Assembly (NCBI RefSeq): GCF_003334355.1
Contig: NZ_QOWP01000005.1
Origin: Escherichia coli
GTDB lineage: Bacteria > Pseudomonadota > Gammaproteobacteria > Enterobacterales > Enterobacteriaceae
Reading direction: 5' to 3' (one strand)
Length of the DNA: 64,000 bases
The translations under genes were made by a program, and so were the position numbers. Below, piece after piece: positions 10,775 to 22,776 of this stretch. The number at the start of each line of letters is the position of its first letter. The first letter of the stretch is position 1. The notes beneath the pieces are model-generated. The model searched no databases and was not told where the DNA came from. It saw nothing but the letters and a program-made list of their open reading frames with translations.

Positions 10775-12355
10775 ATGAGTTATTCTGTGATGTTCGCTTT
10801 ACTCCTGCTCACGCCGCTGCTTTTTTCGCTGCTCTGTTTTGCCTGCCGGAAACGGAGACTTTCTGCGACTCGCACGGTGACCGTATTACATAGCTTAGGG
10901 ATCACACTGCTGCTGATTCTGGCACTCTGGGTGGTCCAAACTGCCGCTGATGCAGGAGAAATATTCGCTGCGGGACTGTGGCTTCATATTGATGGTCTGG
11001 GCGGTTTGTTCCTCGCCATTCTTGGTGTGATTGGCTTTCTCACCGGTATTTACTCGATTGGCTACATGCGTCATGAAGTGGCACACGGCGAGCTTTCACC
11101 CGTTACGCTGTGCGATTACTACGGTTTCTTCCATCTGTTTTTGTTCACCATGCTGCTGGTTGTTACCAGCAATAACCTGATTGTGATGTGGGCGGCGATC
11201 GAAGCCACCACCTTAAGCTCGGCGTTTCTGGTAGGCATTTACGGTCAGCGTTCATCGCTGGAAGCTGCATGGAAGTACATCATTATTTGTACTGTTGGTG
11301 TCGCTTTTGGTCTGTTCGGTACCGTGCTGGTATACGCCAACGCCGCCAGCGTTATGCCGCAGGCAGAAATGGCGATATTCTGGAGCGAGGTTCTTAAGCA
11401 ATCGTCCTTGCTTGACCCAACATTAATGCTGTTGGCCTTTGTGTTTTTGCTAATTGGCTTTGGTACCAAAACCGGGCTATTTCCCATGCACGCCTGGCTG
11501 CCGGATGCTCACAGTGAAGCGCCGAGTCCGGTCAGCGCCCTGCTCTCCGCCGTATTGCTGAACTGCGCGCTGTTGGTGCTGATTCGCTATTACATCATTA
11601 TTTGCCAAGCCATCGGCAGCGATTTCCCCAACCGGTTGTTGCTCATCTTCGGCATGTTGTCGGTTGCCGTGGCGGCATTTTTCATTCTGGTACAGCGGGA
11701 CATTAAGCGTCTGCTGGCGTACTCCAGCGTGGAGAACATGGGGCTGGTCGCGGTGGCGCTAGGCATTGGCGGGCCGCTGGGAATTTTTGCCGCGCTGCTG
11801 CACATCTTAAACCACAGTCTGGCAAAAACGCTGCTGTTCTGCGGTTCCGGCAATGTACTGCTCAAGTACGGCACGCGCGATCTCAACGTCGTCTGTGGGA
11901 TGCTCAAAATCATGCCATTTACCGCCGTGCTGTTTGGCGGCGGTGCGCTGGCGCTGGCAGGGATGCCGCCCTTCAACATTTTTCTTAGCGAATTTATGAC
12001 CATTACCGCCGGACTGGCACGTAATCACCTGCTGATTATCGTCCTGCTGTTATTGCTGTTAACGCTGGTGCTGGCGGGCCTGGTACGGATGGCAGCGCGG
12101 GTGTTAATGGCGAAACCGCCGCAGGCCGTTAACCGGGGTGATCTCGGCTGGTTGACCACCTCGCCAATGGTGATTCTGCTGGTCATGATGCTGGCGATGG
12201 GAACGCATATTCCACAACCTGTCATCAGGATCCTGGCGGGCGCTTCCACTATAGTCCTCTCAGGGACGCACGACCTGCCTGCACAACGTAGCACCTGGCA
12301 TGATTTTTTGCCTTCAGGCACCGCATCTGTTTCGGAGAAACACAGTGAACGTTAA
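10775..12355 (+). CDS. hyfF: Hydrogenase-4 component F (NuoL/M/N-family membrane subunit)
   Basis: 526-aa polytopic membrane ORF ([20 protein letters not shown]...). Confidence 0.92.
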   Translation: MSYSVMFALLLLTPLLFSLLCFACRKRRLSATRTVTVLHSLGITLLLILALWVVQTAADAGEIFAAGLWLHIDGLGGLFLAILGVIGFLTGIYSIGYMRHEVAHGELSPVTLCDYYGFFHLFLFTMLLVVTSNNLIVMWAAIEATTLSSAFLVGIYGQRSSLEAAWKYIIICTVGVAFGLFGTVLVYANAASVMPQAEMAIFWSEVLKQSSLLDPTLMLLAFVFLLIGFGTKTGLFPMHAWLPDAHSEAPSPVSALLSAVLLNCALLVLIRYYIIICQAIGSDFPNRLLLIFGMLSVAVAAFFILVQRDIKRLLAYSSVENMGLVAVALGIGGPLGIFAALLHILNHSLAKTLLFCGSGNVLLKYGTRDLNVVCGMLKIMPFTAVLFGGGALALAGMPPFNIFLSEFMTITAGLARNHLLIIVLLLLLLTLVLAGLVRMAARVLMAKPPQAVNRGDLGWLTTSPMVILLVMMLAMGTHIPQPVIRILAGASTIVLSGTHDLPAQRSTWHDFLPSGTASVSEKHSER

Positions 12356-14060
12356 TTCATCGTCAAATCGTGGCGAAGCGATTCTCGCCGCCCTGAAAAC
12401 GCAGTTCCCCGGCGCGGTGCTGGATGAAGAGCGACAAACGCCTGAACAGGTCACCATTACGGTGAAAATCAATCTGCTGCCTGACGTTGTACATTATCTT
12501 TATTATCAACATGATGGCTGGCTTCCGGTCCTGTTTGGCAACGACGAGCGGACACTTAACGGTCATTACGCGGTTTATTATGCCCTTTCTATGGAAGGGG
12601 CCGAAAAATGCTGGATCGTAGTGAAGGCACTGGTCGATGCCGACAGTCGGGAGTTTCCGTCAGTCACACCGCGCGTCCCTGCCGCGGTCTGGGGCGAGCG
12701 AGAAATTCGCGATATGTACGGGCTGATTCCGGTTGGCCTGCCGGATCAGCGTCGCCTGGTGTTGCCCGATGACTGGCCGGAAGATATGCATCCGCTGCGC
12801 AAAGATGCGATGGATTATCGACTGCGCCCTGAACCGACGACTGATTCCGAAACGTATCCGTTTATCAATGAGGGCAACAGCGATGCGCAGGTGATCCCTG
12901 TCGGCCCGCTGCATATCACCTCCGATGAACCGGGTCACTTCCGCTTGTTTGTGGATGGCGAGCAAATTGTCGATGCTGATTACCGCCTGTTTTATGTCCA
13001 TCGCGGCATGGAGAAACTGGCAGAAACGCGGATGGGCTACAACGAAGTGACCTTCTTATCAGACCGCGTGTGTGGGATTTGCGGTTTTGCCCACAGTGTG
13101 GCCTATACCAACTCGGTTGAAAATGCACTGGGGATTGAGGTGCCGCAACGAGCGCATACCATTCGCTCGATTCTGCTGGAAGTCGAACGGCTACACAGTC
13201 ATTTGCTCAACCTTGGCCTCTCCTGCCATTTTGTTGGTTTTGATACCGGCTTTATGCAATTTTTCCGCGTGCGGGAAAAGTCGATGACGATGGCGGAATT
13301 GCTGACCGGGTCGCGTAAAACCTACGGTCTGAATCTGATTGGTGGTGTTCGCCGCGATATTCTCAAAGAGCAACGTCTGCAAACGCTGAAACTGGTGCGC
13401 GAGATGCGCGCCGACGTGTCGGAGCTGGTAGAGATGCTGCTTGCTACGCCGAATATGGAACAACGCACTCAGGGCATTGGCATTCTCGACCGACAAATCG
13501 CCCGTGATTATAGCCCTGTAGGGCCGCTGATCCGCGGCAGTGGTTTTGCCCGTGATTTGCGCTTTGATCACCCCTACGCCGACTACGGCAATATTCCAAA
13601 AACACTGTTTACCTTCACCGGCGGCGATGTTTTCTCCCGCGTGATGGTCCGTGTCAAAGAGACGTTTGATTCGCTGGCAATGCTGGAATTTGCCCTCGAC
13701 AACATGCCGGATACCCCGCTGCTGACCGAAGGCTTTAGCTATAAACCTCACGCATTCGCGCTGGGCTTTGTTGAAGCGCCACGCGGTGAAGACGTGCACT
13801 GGAGCATGCTCGGTGATAACCAAAAATTGTTCCGCTGGCGCTGTCGTGCCGCCACCTACGCCAACTGGCCAGTGCTGCGTTACATGCTACGCGGCAATAC
13901 CGTTTCTGACGCACCGCTGATTATCGGTAGCCTTGATCCCTGCTACTCCTGTACCGACCGTGTGACGCTGGTAGATGTGCGCAAGCGCCAGTCAAAAACC
14001 GTGCCGTATAAAGAGATCGAACGCTACGGCATTGATCGTAACCGTTCGCCGCTGAAGTAA
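12345..14060 (+). CDS. hyfG: Hydrogenase-4 [NiFe] large catalytic subunit
   Basis: Track ORF 12300..14060; most plausible start is GTG 12345 ((M)[17 protein letters not shown]...), overlapping the hyfF end. NiFe-binding motifs [11 protein letters not shown] (N-terminal) and DPCYSCTDR (C-terminal). Exact start uncertain. Confidence 0.9.
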   Translation: MNVNSSSNRGEAILAALKTQFPGAVLDEERQTPEQVTITVKINLLPDVVHYLYYQHDGWLPVLFGNDERTLNGHYAVYYALSMEGAEKCWIVVKALVDADSREFPSVTPRVPAAVWGEREIRDMYGLIPVGLPDQRRLVLPDDWPEDMHPLRKDAMDYRLRPEPTTDSETYPFINEGNSDAQVIPVGPLHITSDEPGHFRLFVDGEQIVDADYRLFYVHRGMEKLAETRMGYNEVTFLSDRVCGICGFAHSVAYTNSVENALGIEVPQRAHTIRSILLEVERLHSHLLNLGLSCHFVGFDTGFMQFFRVREKSMTMAELLTGSRKTYGLNLIGGVRRDILKEQRLQTLKLVREMRADVSELVEMLLATPNMEQRTQGIGILDRQIARDYSPVGPLIRGSGFARDLRFDHPYADYGNIPKTLFTFTGGDVFSRVMVRVKETFDSLAMLEFALDNMPDTPLLTEGFSYKPHAFALGFVEAPRGEDVHWSMLGDNQKLFRWRCRAATYANWPVLRYMLRGNTVSDAPLIIGSLDPCYSCTDRVTLVDVRKRQSKTVPYKEIERYGIDRNRSPLK

Positions 14061-14069
14061 GGACAGAAG

Positions 14070-14615
14070 ATGCTGAAGTTACTGAAAACTATTATGCGCG
14101 CCGGAACCGCGACGGTGAAATATCCCTTCGCGCCACTGGAGGTCAGCCCAGGCTTTCGCGGGAAACCGGACCTGATGCCCAGCCAATGTATTGCCTGCGG
14201 TGCCTGCGCCTGTGCTTGTCCGGCAAATGCGCTGACTATCCAGACCGACGACCAGCAAAATTCGCGCACCTGGCAGCTCTATCTGGGGCGTTGTATTTAC
14301 TGCGGACGTTGTGAAGAAGTGTGCCCGACCAGAGCCATCCAGCTTACCAATAACTTTGAACTGACCGTCACCAATAAAGCCGATCTCTATACCCGCGCGA
14401 CGTTCCATCTACAACGTTGCAGCCGTTGCGAACGCCCGTTTGCCCCGCAAAAAACCGTCGCACTGGCTGCTGAATTGTTGGCACAGCAACAAAATGCGCC
14501 ACAAAACCGCGAAATGTTGCGGGCGCAAGCGAGCGTCTGCCCGGAGTGCAAACAACGCGCGACGCTGATCAACGACGATACAGATGTACCGCTGGTGGCT
14601 AAGGAGCAGCTATGA
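14070..14615 (+). CDS. hyfH: Hydrogenase-4 component H, 2x[4Fe-4S] ferredoxin-like subunit
   Basis: 181-aa ORF with two CxxCxxCxxxCP motifs ([24 protein letters not shown]). Confidence 0.93.
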   Translation: MLKLLKTIMRAGTATVKYPFAPLEVSPGFRGKPDLMPSQCIACGACACACPANALTIQTDDQQNSRTWQLYLGRCIYCGRCEEVCPTRAIQLTNNFELTVTNKADLYTRATFHLQRCSRCERPFAPQKTVALAAELLAQQQNAPQNREMLRAQASVCPECKQRATLINDDTDVPLVAKEQL

Positions 14616-15370
14616 GTCCAGTGCTTACACAACATGTCAGCCAGCCCATCACGCTGGATGAGCAAACGCAAAAGATGAAGCGGCATTTGCTACAGGATAT
14701 CCGTCGCTCGGCTTACGTTTATCGCGTCGATTGCGGCGGCTGCAACGCCTGTGAAATCGAAATTTTTGCCGCCATCACACCCGTATTCGACGCAGAACGT
14801 TTTGGCATTAAGGTTGTTTCATCACCGCGTCACGCCGATATTTTGTTATTTACTGGCGCAGTCACCCGGGCGATGCGTATGCCTGCACTTCGGGCGTATG
14901 AGTCTGCCCCCGATCATAAAATTTGTGTTTCCTACGGCGCGTGCGGTGTCGGCGGCGGTATTTTCCACGATCTCTACAGCGTCTGGGGCGGTAGCGACAC
15001 CATTGTCCCCATTGATGTTTGGATCCCCGGCAGCCCGCCAACACCGGCCGCCACCATTCACGGTTTCGCCGTGGCGCTCGGTTTGCTGCAACGGAAGATT
15101 CACGCGGTGGATTATCGCGATCCCACCGGGGTGACTATGCAACCGTTGTGGCCGCAGATCCCGCCATCACAGCGTATCGCCATTGAGCGAGAAGCGCGGC
15201 GGCTGGCGGGCTATCGTCAGGGGCGAGAAATTTGCGATCGGCTCCTGCGCCATTTAAGCGACGATCCTACAGGAAATCGGGTTAACACCTGGTTGCGCGA
15301 TGCCGACGATCCACGTCTCAATAGTATCGTTCAGCAACTCTTTCGCGTACTCCGGGGGTTACATGACTGA
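14612..15370 (+). CDS. hyfI: Hydrogenase-4 small subunit (NuoB-like)
   Basis: 252-aa ORF; [10 protein letters not shown] cluster-binding region; start overlaps the hyfH stop (ATGA). Confidence 0.93.
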   Translation: MSPVLTQHVSQPITLDEQTQKMKRHLLQDIRRSAYVYRVDCGGCNACEIEIFAAITPVFDAERFGIKVVSSPRHADILLFTGAVTRAMRMPALRAYESAPDHKICVSYGACGVGGGIFHDLYSVWGGSDTIVPIDVWIPGSPPTPAATIHGFAVALGLLQRKIHAVDYRDPTGVTMQPLWPQIPPSQRIAIEREARRLAGYRQGREICDRLLRHLSDDPTGNRVNTWLRDADDPRLNSIVQQLFRVLRGLHD

Positions 15371-15776
15371 AGAGTGCGGGGAAATTGTTTTCTGGACGCT
15401 GCGAAAAAAGTTTGTCGCCAGTAGCGACGAGATGCCGGAACACAGCTCTCAGGTAATGTATTACTCGCTGGCTATCGGTCATCACGTTGGCGTGATTGAT
15501 TGTCTGAATGTCGCCTTCCCCTGCCCACTGACGGAATACGAAGATTGGCTTGCACTGGTCGAAGAGGAGCAAGCCCGACGTAAGATGCTGGGGGTGATGA
15601 CTTTTGGTGAGATTGTTATTGACGCCAGCCACACCGCCTTGTTGACCCGGGCATTCGCGCCACTGGCGGATGACGCGACGTCTGTGTGGCAGGCGCGTAG
15701 CATTCAATTCATTCATCTGTTGGATGAAATTGTGCAGGAACCGGCCATCTATCTGATGGCCAGAAAAATTACGTGA
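15363..15776 (+). CDS. hyfJ: Hydrogenase-4 component J (HycH-like maturation factor)
   Basis: Track ORF 15300..15776; start at internal Met ([23 protein letters not shown]...) gives 137 aa, overlapping the hyfI 3' end. Confidence 0.9.
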   Translation: MTEECGEIVFWTLRKKFVASSDEMPEHSSQVMYYSLAIGHHVGVIDCLNVAFPCPLTEYEDWLALVEEEQARRKMLGVMTFGEIVIDASHTALLTRAFAPLADDATSVWQARSIQFIHLLDEIVQEPAIYLMARKIT

Positions 15777-15805
15777 GAAGGATTTCTCATTAATAAGGAC
15801 TGTTG

Positions 15806-17818
15806 ATGGCTATGTCAGACGAGGCGATGTTTGCCCCGCCGCAAGGAATAACAATTGAAGCGGTAAACGGAATGCTCGCGGAGCGGTTAGCGCAGAAACA
15901 CGGTAAGGCGTCTTTATTACGCGCCTTCATCCCGCTGCCGCCGCCGTTCAGCCCGGTACAACTTATTGAACTGCATGTTCTCAAAAGCAACTTCTATTAC
16001 CGCTACCATGATGATGGCAGCGATGTGACGGCAACAACAGAGTATCAGGGCGAGATGGTCGATTATTCGCGTCACGCCGTCCTTCTCGGCAGTAGTGGAA
16101 TGGCGGAGCTACGCTTTATTCGCACCCACGGCAGTCGTTTTACTCCCCAGGATTGCACACTGTTTAACTGGCTGGCGCGGATAATCACCCCGGTTCTGCA
16201 ATCATGGCTCAATGATGAAGAACAGCAGGTGGCGCTGCGTTTGCTGGAGAAAGATCGCGATCATCATCGGGTACTGGTTGATATTACTAATGCAGTGCTG
16301 TCACATCTTGATCTCGACGATCTGATCGCTGACGTCGCTCGTGAGATCCATCATTTTTTCGGTCTGGCTTCAGTCAGTATGGTACTGGGCGATCATCGAA
16401 AGAACGAGAAGTTTAGCCTGTGGTGCAGCGATCTTTCTGCCTCACATTGTGCGTGTCTGCCACGCAATATGCCTGGCGACAGTGTATTGCTGACACAAAC
16501 GCTACAAACCCGACAACCGACCTTGACGCACCGTGCAGACGATCTGTTTCTCTGGCAACGCGACCCGTTATTACTCTTACTTGCATCTAACGGCTGCGAA
16601 TCTGCGCTCCTTATACCGCTTACCTTTGGCAACCATACACCGGGTGCATTGTTGCTGGCGCATACCTCTTCCACTCTCTTTAGTGAGGAAAACTGCCAGC
16701 TACTACAACACATAGCCGATCGCATCGCTATTGCCGTTGGCAATGCCGATGCCTGGCGTAGCATGACCGATTTGCAGGAAAGTTTGCAGCAAGAAAACCA
16801 CCAGCTTAGCGAGCAGCTCCTTTCGAATCTGGGCGTCGGTGACATTATCTATCAAAGCCAGGCAATGGAAGACCTGCTCCAGCAGGTAGATATTGTGGCG
16901 AAGAGCGACAGTACAGTGTTGATTTGTGGTGAAACCGGAACCGGCAAAGAGGTGATCGCCAGAGCGATCCATCAACTTAGCCCGCGACACGACAAGCCGC
17001 TGGTCAAAATCAACTGCGCTGCCATCCCCGCCAGTCTTCTGGAAAGTGAGTTATTCGGTCATGACAAAGGGGCGTTTACTGGTGCGATTAATACCCATCG
17101 TGGTCGTTTTGAAATTGCCGATGGCGGCACGTTGTTTCTCGATGAAATTGGCGATCTGCCGTTAGAACTTCAGCCTAAACTGCTGCGCGTATTGCAGGAA
17201 CGGGAGATTGAGCGTCTCGGCGGGAGTAGAACGATCCCGGTGAATGTCAGAGTCATTGCCGCCACCAACCGTGATTTGTGGCAAATGGTTGAAGATCGCC
17301 AGTTTCGCAGCGATCTCTTTTATCGCCTGAATGTCTTCCCACTGGAATTGCCGCCGCTACGCGACCGTCCGGAAGATATCCCTCTTTTAGCAAAGCATTT
17401 CACGCAAAAAATGGCGCGCCATATGAATCGTTCAATTGACGCCATCCCGACCGAGGCGCTACGCCAGTTGATGTCGTGGGACTGGCCGGGCAACGTGCGC
17501 GAGCTGGAAAACGTGATTGAGCGAGCGGTACTGCTGACTCGCGGTAACAGTCTGAATTTACATCTTAATGTCCGACAAAGCCGTTTACTGCCGACGCTAA
17601 ATGAAGATTCAGCGCTTCGCAGTTCAATGGCGCAGTTGCTGCACCCGACGACGCCAGAGAATGACGAAGAAGAACGTCAGCGCATTGTTCAGGTATTGCG
17701 AGAAACCAATGGCATTGTTGCCGGGCCCCGTGGCGCGGCGACACGATTAGGGATGAAGCGCACCACGCTGCTGTCACGAATGCAGCGTCTGGGGATCTCG
17801 GTTCGCGAGGTGTTGTAA
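15806..17818 (+). CDS. hyfR: Sigma-54-dependent transcriptional activator of the hyf operon (FhlA paralog)
   Basis: 670 aa from MAMSDEAMF...; AAA+ sigma-54 interaction domain with Walker A GETGTGKE and the GAFTGA motif ([15 protein letters not shown]); C-terminal HTH. Confidence 0.93.
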   Translation: MAMSDEAMFAPPQGITIEAVNGMLAERLAQKHGKASLLRAFIPLPPPFSPVQLIELHVLKSNFYYRYHDDGSDVTATTEYQGEMVDYSRHAVLLGSSGMAELRFIRTHGSRFTPQDCTLFNWLARIITPVLQSWLNDEEQQVALRLLEKDRDHHRVLVDITNAVLSHLDLDDLIADVAREIHHFFGLASVSMVLGDHRKNEKFSLWCSDLSASHCACLPRNMPGDSVLLTQTLQTRQPTLTHRADDLFLWQRDPLLLLLASNGCESALLIPLTFGNHTPGALLLAHTSSTLFSEENCQLLQHIADRIAIAVGNADAWRSMTDLQESLQQENHQLSEQLLSNLGVGDIIYQSQAMEDLLQQVDIVAKSDSTVLICGETGTGKEVIARAIHQLSPRHDKPLVKINCAAIPASLLESELFGHDKGAFTGAINTHRGRFEIADGGTLFLDEIGDLPLELQPKLLRVLQEREIERLGGSRTIPVNVRVIAATNRDLWQMVEDRQFRSDLFYRLNVFPLELPPLRDRPEDIPLLAKHFTQKMARHMNRSIDAIPTEALRQLMSWDWPGNVRELENVIERAVLLTRGNSLNLHLNVRQSRLLPTLNEDSALRSSMAQLLHPTTPENDEEERQRIVQVLRETNGIVAGPRGAATRLGMKRTTLLSRMQRLGISVREVL

Positions 17819-17839
17819 TCTGCTTTTGCAGGAGTATGC

Positions 17840-18688
17840 ATGAGCAACAAACTCTCTTTCGACTTGCAGTTGAGCGCCAGAAAAGCGGCAATCGCTGAAC
17901 GGATTGCCGCCCATAAAATTGCCCGCAGTAAAGTGTCGGTCTTTTTAATGGCGATGTCCGCTGGCGTGTTTATGGCGATCGGATTTACTTTTTACCTTTC
18001 CGTTATCGCCGATGCCCCGTCTTCACAGGCATTAACCCATCTGGTGGGCGGCCTTTGCTTTACACTCGGCTTTATTTTGCTGGCGGTTTGCGGCACCAGC
18101 CTGTTCACCTCGTCGGTAATGACGGTGATGGCAAAAAGTCGGGGCGTTATTAGTTGGCGAACTTGGCTGATTAACGCACTTCTGGTGGCCTGCGGTAATC
18201 TGGCAGGTATTGCCTGTTTCAGTTTGTTAATCTGGTTTTCCGGGCTGGTGATGAGTGAAAACGCGATGTGGGGAGTCGCGGTTTTACACTGCGCCGAGGG
18301 CAAAATGCATCATACATTTACTGAATCTGTCAGCCTCGGCATTATGTGCAATCTGATGGTTTGCCTGGCGCTTTGGATGAGTTATTGCGGGCGTTCGTTA
18401 TGCGACAAAATCGTCGCCATGATTTTGCCCATCACCCTGTTTGTCGCCAGTGGCTTTGAGCACTGTATCGCCAATTTGTTTGTGATTCCGTTCGCCATTG
18501 CCATTCGCCATTTCGCCCCTCCCCCCTTCTGGCAACTGGCGCACAGTAGCGCAGACAATTTTCCGGCACTGACGGTAAGCCATTTTATTACCGCCAATCT
18601 GCTCCCGGTGATGCTGGGTAATATTATCGGCGGTGCAGTGCTGGTGAGTATGTGTTATCGGGCTATTTATTTACGTCAGGAATCCTGA
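17840..18688 (+). CDS. focB: Formate channel FocB (formate/nitrite transporter family)
   Basis: 282-aa membrane ORF (MSNKLSFDLQLSARKAAIAER...), last gene of the hyf cluster. Confidence 0.9.
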   Translation: MSNKLSFDLQLSARKAAIAERIAAHKIARSKVSVFLMAMSAGVFMAIGFTFYLSVIADAPSSQALTHLVGGLCFTLGFILLAVCGTSLFTSSVMTVMAKSRGVISWRTWLINALLVACGNLAGIACFSLLIWFSGLVMSENAMWGVAVLHCAEGKMHHTFTESVSLGIMCNLMVCLALWMSYCGRSLCDKIVAMILPITLFVASGFEHCIANLFVIPFAIAIRHFAPPPFWQLAHSSADNFPALTVSHFITANLLPVMLGNIIGGAVLVSMCYRAIYLRQES

Positions 18689-18693
18689 AAAAT

Positions 18694-18722
18694 CAGCCCG
18701 GCGAAACAGTTCGTCGGGCTGA
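18694..18722. terminator. Bidirectional intrinsic terminator between convergent focB and perM
   Basis: GC-rich hairpin cagcccggcg-aaacagtt-cgtcgggctg with A-rich and T-rich flanks, lying in the 37-bp gap between the two convergent stop codons. Confidence 0.6.
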
Positions 18723-18725
18723 AGA

Positions 18726-19787
18726 TTATTCTTGCGCTATTTGCCCATCGGGCCAGGCGTGGATCACGGCTTTGATCAGGGTCGCCAATGGAATGGCGAA
18801 GAATACGCCCCAGAATCCCCACAAACCACCGAAGATCACCACCGATAAAATAATCACCAGCGGATGCAGGTTAACCGCTTCGGAGAACAACACCGGTACT
18901 AACAGGTTGCCGTCCAGCGCCTGAATAATCAGATACACTGCGAAGCAGCTCCAGAATTCCGTGCCTGCACCAAACTGGAATAGCGCCACGCCAACCACCG
19001 GAATGGTCACCACAAATGCGCCAATGTACGGAATAAGTACCGAGAAGCCGACCAGCACCGCCAGCAGCAGCGAATAGTTCAGCCCAAAGAGCAAGAACCC
19101 CAGCCAGGTGGCGATCCCCACCACGATCATCTCCAGCACTTTGCCGCGGATATAGTTGGTGATTTGTTGATTCATCTCCTTCCACACCTGTCCTGCCAGT
19201 CCACGGTTGCGCGGCAGCACCCGACGAACGGCGTTCAGCATCTGCTCTTTGTCTTTCAGCAGGAAGAAGACCATCAATGGCACCAGCACCAGATAGACGG
19301 CTATGGTCAGCAAACCGACCAGCGAGGCGAGGGAAATTTTCACCACCGAATCGCCCATGGTCAGCATCCGACTGCGCATATTTTCGGCCATTGCATCAAT
19401 AATGCCCGCATCCATTAACGCCGGATAGCGGCGCGGCAACGTGGCGGCAAAGTCAGAAAGCTTATTGAGCATCCCCGGCATATCGCGGATTAAGTAGATG
19501 CCCTGTTGCCAGGCGATAGGCAGTACCACGAACGCCATCAGTAGCAATATACCGACGAAAACCACCAATACAATCGACGTCGCCCAGCGGCGGGAGCAGC
19601 CAATAGATTGCAGGCGCACGGTTGGCCATTCCAGCAAATAGGCCAGCACAATAGCCACCAGCAACGGAGCAAGCAGGCCACTAAAGAAAAAGATAATGCC
19701 AAATCCGGCAACTAAAATAACCAGCAAGGCAATCGCTTCCGGGTCGCTAAAACGGCGGCGATACCATTGCATCAACATTTCGAGCAT
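18726..19787 (-). CDS. perM: AI-2E family transporter PerM (YfgO), putative permease
   Basis: 353-aa polytopic membrane ORF MLEMLMQWYRRRFSDPEAIALLVILVAGF... Confidence 0.9.
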   Translation of the reverse strand: MLEMLMQWYRRRFSDPEAIALLVILVAGFGIIFFFSGLLAPLLVAIVLAYLLEWPTVRLQSIGCSRRWATSIVLVVFVGILLLMAFVVLPIAWQQGIYLIRDMPGMLNKLSDFAATLPRRYPALMDAGIIDAMAENMRSRMLTMGDSVVKISLASLVGLLTIAVYLVLVPLMVFFLLKDKEQMLNAVRRVLPRNRGLAGQVWKEMNQQITNYIRGKVLEMIVVGIATWLGFLLFGLNYSLLLAVLVGFSVLIPYIGAFVVTIPVVGVALFQFGAGTEFWSCFAVYLIIQALDGNLLVPVLFSEAVNLHPLVIILSVVIFGGLWGFWGVFFAIPLATLIKAVIHAWPDGQIAQE

Positions 19788-19999
19788 AAAGACCTTCCCT
19801 GAACCTCAAGAGCGGGATTGCGATCAGCAATTGTATCGAAATGTCACAAAAAAGACTTCGCTTTTTATGACGGATTCAGGAAACTGAAAAGTCATTTGAG
19901 TGGGCTAATCTTCGCCGTTACACTCAAAGGCGGCGCGGTGGGAACGATATTTCACAGTATCGGTCAAATGACTATCTTCAGAAATACAGGATAGAGGTT

Positions 20000-21463
20000 A
20001 TGTTCAGGCAGTTGAAAAAAAACCTGGTTGCAACCCTCATTGCTGCTATGACCATTGGTCAGGTAGCCCCGGCGTTTGCCGACAGCGCAGACACCTTGCC
20101 GGATATGGGAACCTCCGCAGGAAGCACGCTTTCCATTGGTCAGGAAATGCAGATGGGCGACTATTATGTCCGCCAGCTACGCGGCAGCGCGCCGTTAATT
20201 AATGACCCGCTGTTAACGCAATATATTAATTCGCTGGGGATGCGTCTGGTTTCGCATGCCAATTCGGTTAAGACACCGTTTCATTTTTTTCTGATCAACA
20301 ACGACGAAATTAACGCCTTTGCTTTCTTTGGCGGCAACGTGGTGCTGCACTCTGCCCTGTTCCGTTATTCCGATAACGAAAGTCAACTGGCTTCAGTTAT
20401 GGCGCACGAAATCTCCCACGTCACCCAACGTCACCTGGCGCGAGCGATGGAAGATCAGCAGCGCAGCGCGCCGCTGACCTGGGTCGGCGCGTTAGGTTCT
20501 ATTTTACTGGCGATGGCCAGTCCGCAGGCGGGGATGGCGGCACTGACCGGTACACTGGCGGGAACGCGCCAGGGAATGATCAGCTTCACCCAGCAAAATG
20601 AACAGGAAGCGGACCGCATTGGTATTCAGGTGCTGCAACGCTCGGGATTCGATCCGCAGGCGATGCCAACCTTCCTCGAAAAATTACTCGATCAGGCGCG
20701 TTACTCCTCGCGCCCGCCGGAAATTTTATTGACTCACCCGTTGCCGGAAAGTCGTCTGGCAGATGCCCGCAACCGTGCTAATCAGATGCGCCCGATGGTG
20801 GTGCAGTCGTCGGAAGATTTCTATCTGGCGAAAGCGCGCACACTGGGGATGTATAATTCCGGACGTAACCAGCTCACCAGTGATTTGCTGGATGAATGGG
20901 CGAAAGGAAACGTTCGTCAGCAACGAGCAGCACAATATGGTCGTGCTTTACAGGCGATGGAAGCCAATAAATACGACGAGGCGCGTAAAACGCTGCAACC
21001 GTTACTGGCGGCAGAACCTGGCAACGCATGGTATCTCGATCTGGCTACTGATATCGATCTTGGGCAAAACAAAGCCAATGAGGCGATCAATCGTCTGAAA
21101 AATGCCCGCGATTTACGCACCAATCCGGTGTTGCAGCTCAACCTGGCGAACGCTTATCTGCAAGGCGGTCAACCACAAGAAGCGGCCAATATTCTGAATC
21201 GCTACACCTTTAATAATAAAGATGACAGCAACGGCTGGGATTTGCTGGCACAGGCGGAAGCCGCGCTAAATAACCGCGATCAGGAACTGGCTGCGCGAGC
21301 AGAAGGTTATGCGCTCGCCGGGCGACTCGATCAGGCCATTTCGCTGTTGAGTAGCGCCAGTTCGCAGGTGAAATTAGGCAGCCTGCAACAAGCGCGTTAC
21401 GATGCGCGCATCGACCAGTTGCGCCAGCTGCAGGAACGCTTTAAGCCTTATACCAAGATGTAA
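20000..21463 (+). CDS. bepA: Periplasmic beta-barrel assembly-enhancing protease BepA (M48 metalloprotease with TPR domain)
   Basis: 487-aa ORF with signal peptide ([27 protein letters not shown]) and HEISH (HExxH) zinc motif. Confidence 0.93.
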
Positions 21464-21483
21464 TTCGCATTAAAGGAAGAACA

Positions 21484-21843
21484 ATGACCAAACAGGTAAA
21501 AATCTACCATAACCCACGCTGTTCAAAGAGCCGGGAAACGCTGAACCTGCTGAAAGAAAACGGCGTGGAGCCAGAAGTGGTGCTCTACCTTGAGACACCC
21601 GCCGATGCGGCAACGCTGCGCGATTTGCTGAAAATGCTGGGGATGAATAGCGCCCGTGAATTGATGCGCCAGAAAGAGGATCTTTATAAAGAACTGAACC
21701 TGGCTGACAGTTCGCTTAGCGAAGAGGCGCTGATTCAGGCAATGGTGGATAATCCGAAGCTAATGGAGCGCCCGATTGTGGTCGCGAATGGCAAAGCGCG
21801 GATTGGTCGTCCACCGGAGCAGGTACTGGAAATCGTGGGTTAA
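21484..21843 (+). CDS. yfgD: ArsC-family arsenate reductase-like protein YfgD
   Basis: 119-aa ORF MTKQVKIYHNPRCSKSRETLNLL... with the catalytic Cys in the N-terminal CxxS context. Confidence 0.9.
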   Translation: MTKQVKIYHNPRCSKSRETLNLLKENGVEPEVVLYLETPADAATLRDLLKMLGMNSARELMRQKEDLYKELNLADSSLSEEALIQAMVDNPKLMERPIVVANGKARIGRPPEQVLEIVG

Positions 21844-21869
21844 GATGTGCTCCATCGCTAGTTGAAGCA

Positions 21870-21970
21870 CATTGCCGGATGCGACGCTTGCCACGTCTTA
21901 TCCGGCCTACGAATACTATGGATTAACTTCGCGTAGTTCGGATAAGGCGTTCGCGCCGCATCCGACAATA
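21870..21970. repeat. Pair of REP elements in inverted orientation
   Basis: gccggatgcgacgcttgccacgtcttatccggcctac (21874-21910) and gcgtagttcggataaggcgttcgcgccgcatccgaca (21931-21967) between convergent yfgD and hda. Confidence 0.75.
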
Positions 21971-21980
21971 AACACCTTAT

Positions 21981-22727
21981 CTACAACTTCAGAATTTCTT
22001 TCACAAACGGAATGGTCAGCTTACGTTGCGCGGTAATCGACGCACGATCCAACTGATCCAACGTCATAAATAGCGTGCGCATTTCTCTGTCGAGCCGCTT
22101 CAGCAAGAAACGCCCCACATCTTCCGGCAGTTCAAAACCACGCAAACGCGCGCGTAACTGTAGCGCCTGCAACTTATCTTCATCAGAAAGTGGCTGCAAT
22201 TTGTAGATCTGCCCCCAGTCGAGTCGCGAAGCGAGATCCGGTAATCCCAGATTCAACTGCCGCGGTGGACGATCGCCGGTGATCAACAATCGTGTTTTGC
22301 CCGATTCCAGAATTCGATTGTAGAGATCGAAAATCGCCATCTCCCACAACTCATCGCCTGCAATACACTCAATATTGTCGATACAGACCAGCGACAAATG
22401 CTCCATACCGTCGAGCACTTCCGGAACAAACCAGGTGCGTTTATCCAGCGGGACATAGCCCACCGCATCGCCACGCTGCGACAATTCCGCGCAAGCCGCG
22501 TGCAGCAGATGGCTGCGCCCCGCGCCTTCGCGTGCCCAGAGATAGATGTAACCGCTATGTTCCTGACGCAGCACGTTTTGCAGCGCAGCCAGTAAAGAGG
22601 AGTTATCCCCCGGCCAGAAACTTGCAAAGGTTTCGTCGTCAGGAAGATAAAGTGGCAAAGAGAGCTGTGCCGGTGTGTTCAGAGATACCTCAACCAGGAT
22701 TTCACAAAATCGCGAGAAGTTTACCAC
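21981..22727 (-). CDS. hda: DnaA regulatory inactivator Hda (AAA+)
   Basis: Track ORF of 248 aa ([31 protein letters not shown]...). The mature E. coli protein is reported to start at the internal CTG (LNTPAQ…, here 22680-22682), giving 233 aa. Confidence 0.9.
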
Positions 22728-22776
22728 AGAATCCCATGATGTTTGAACCGGGCAGCAACACTGCCCGGTCGGTACA

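Noticed and set aside
12300-12344. Upstream extension of hyfG to the ATG at 12300 (586 aa)
   Set aside because: The extension ([15 protein letters not shown]) overlaps the hyfF C-terminus by 56 nt. The GTG at 12345 gives the usual short overlap with hyfF and an N-terminus starting [13 protein letters not shown]; the exact start nevertheless remains uncertain.
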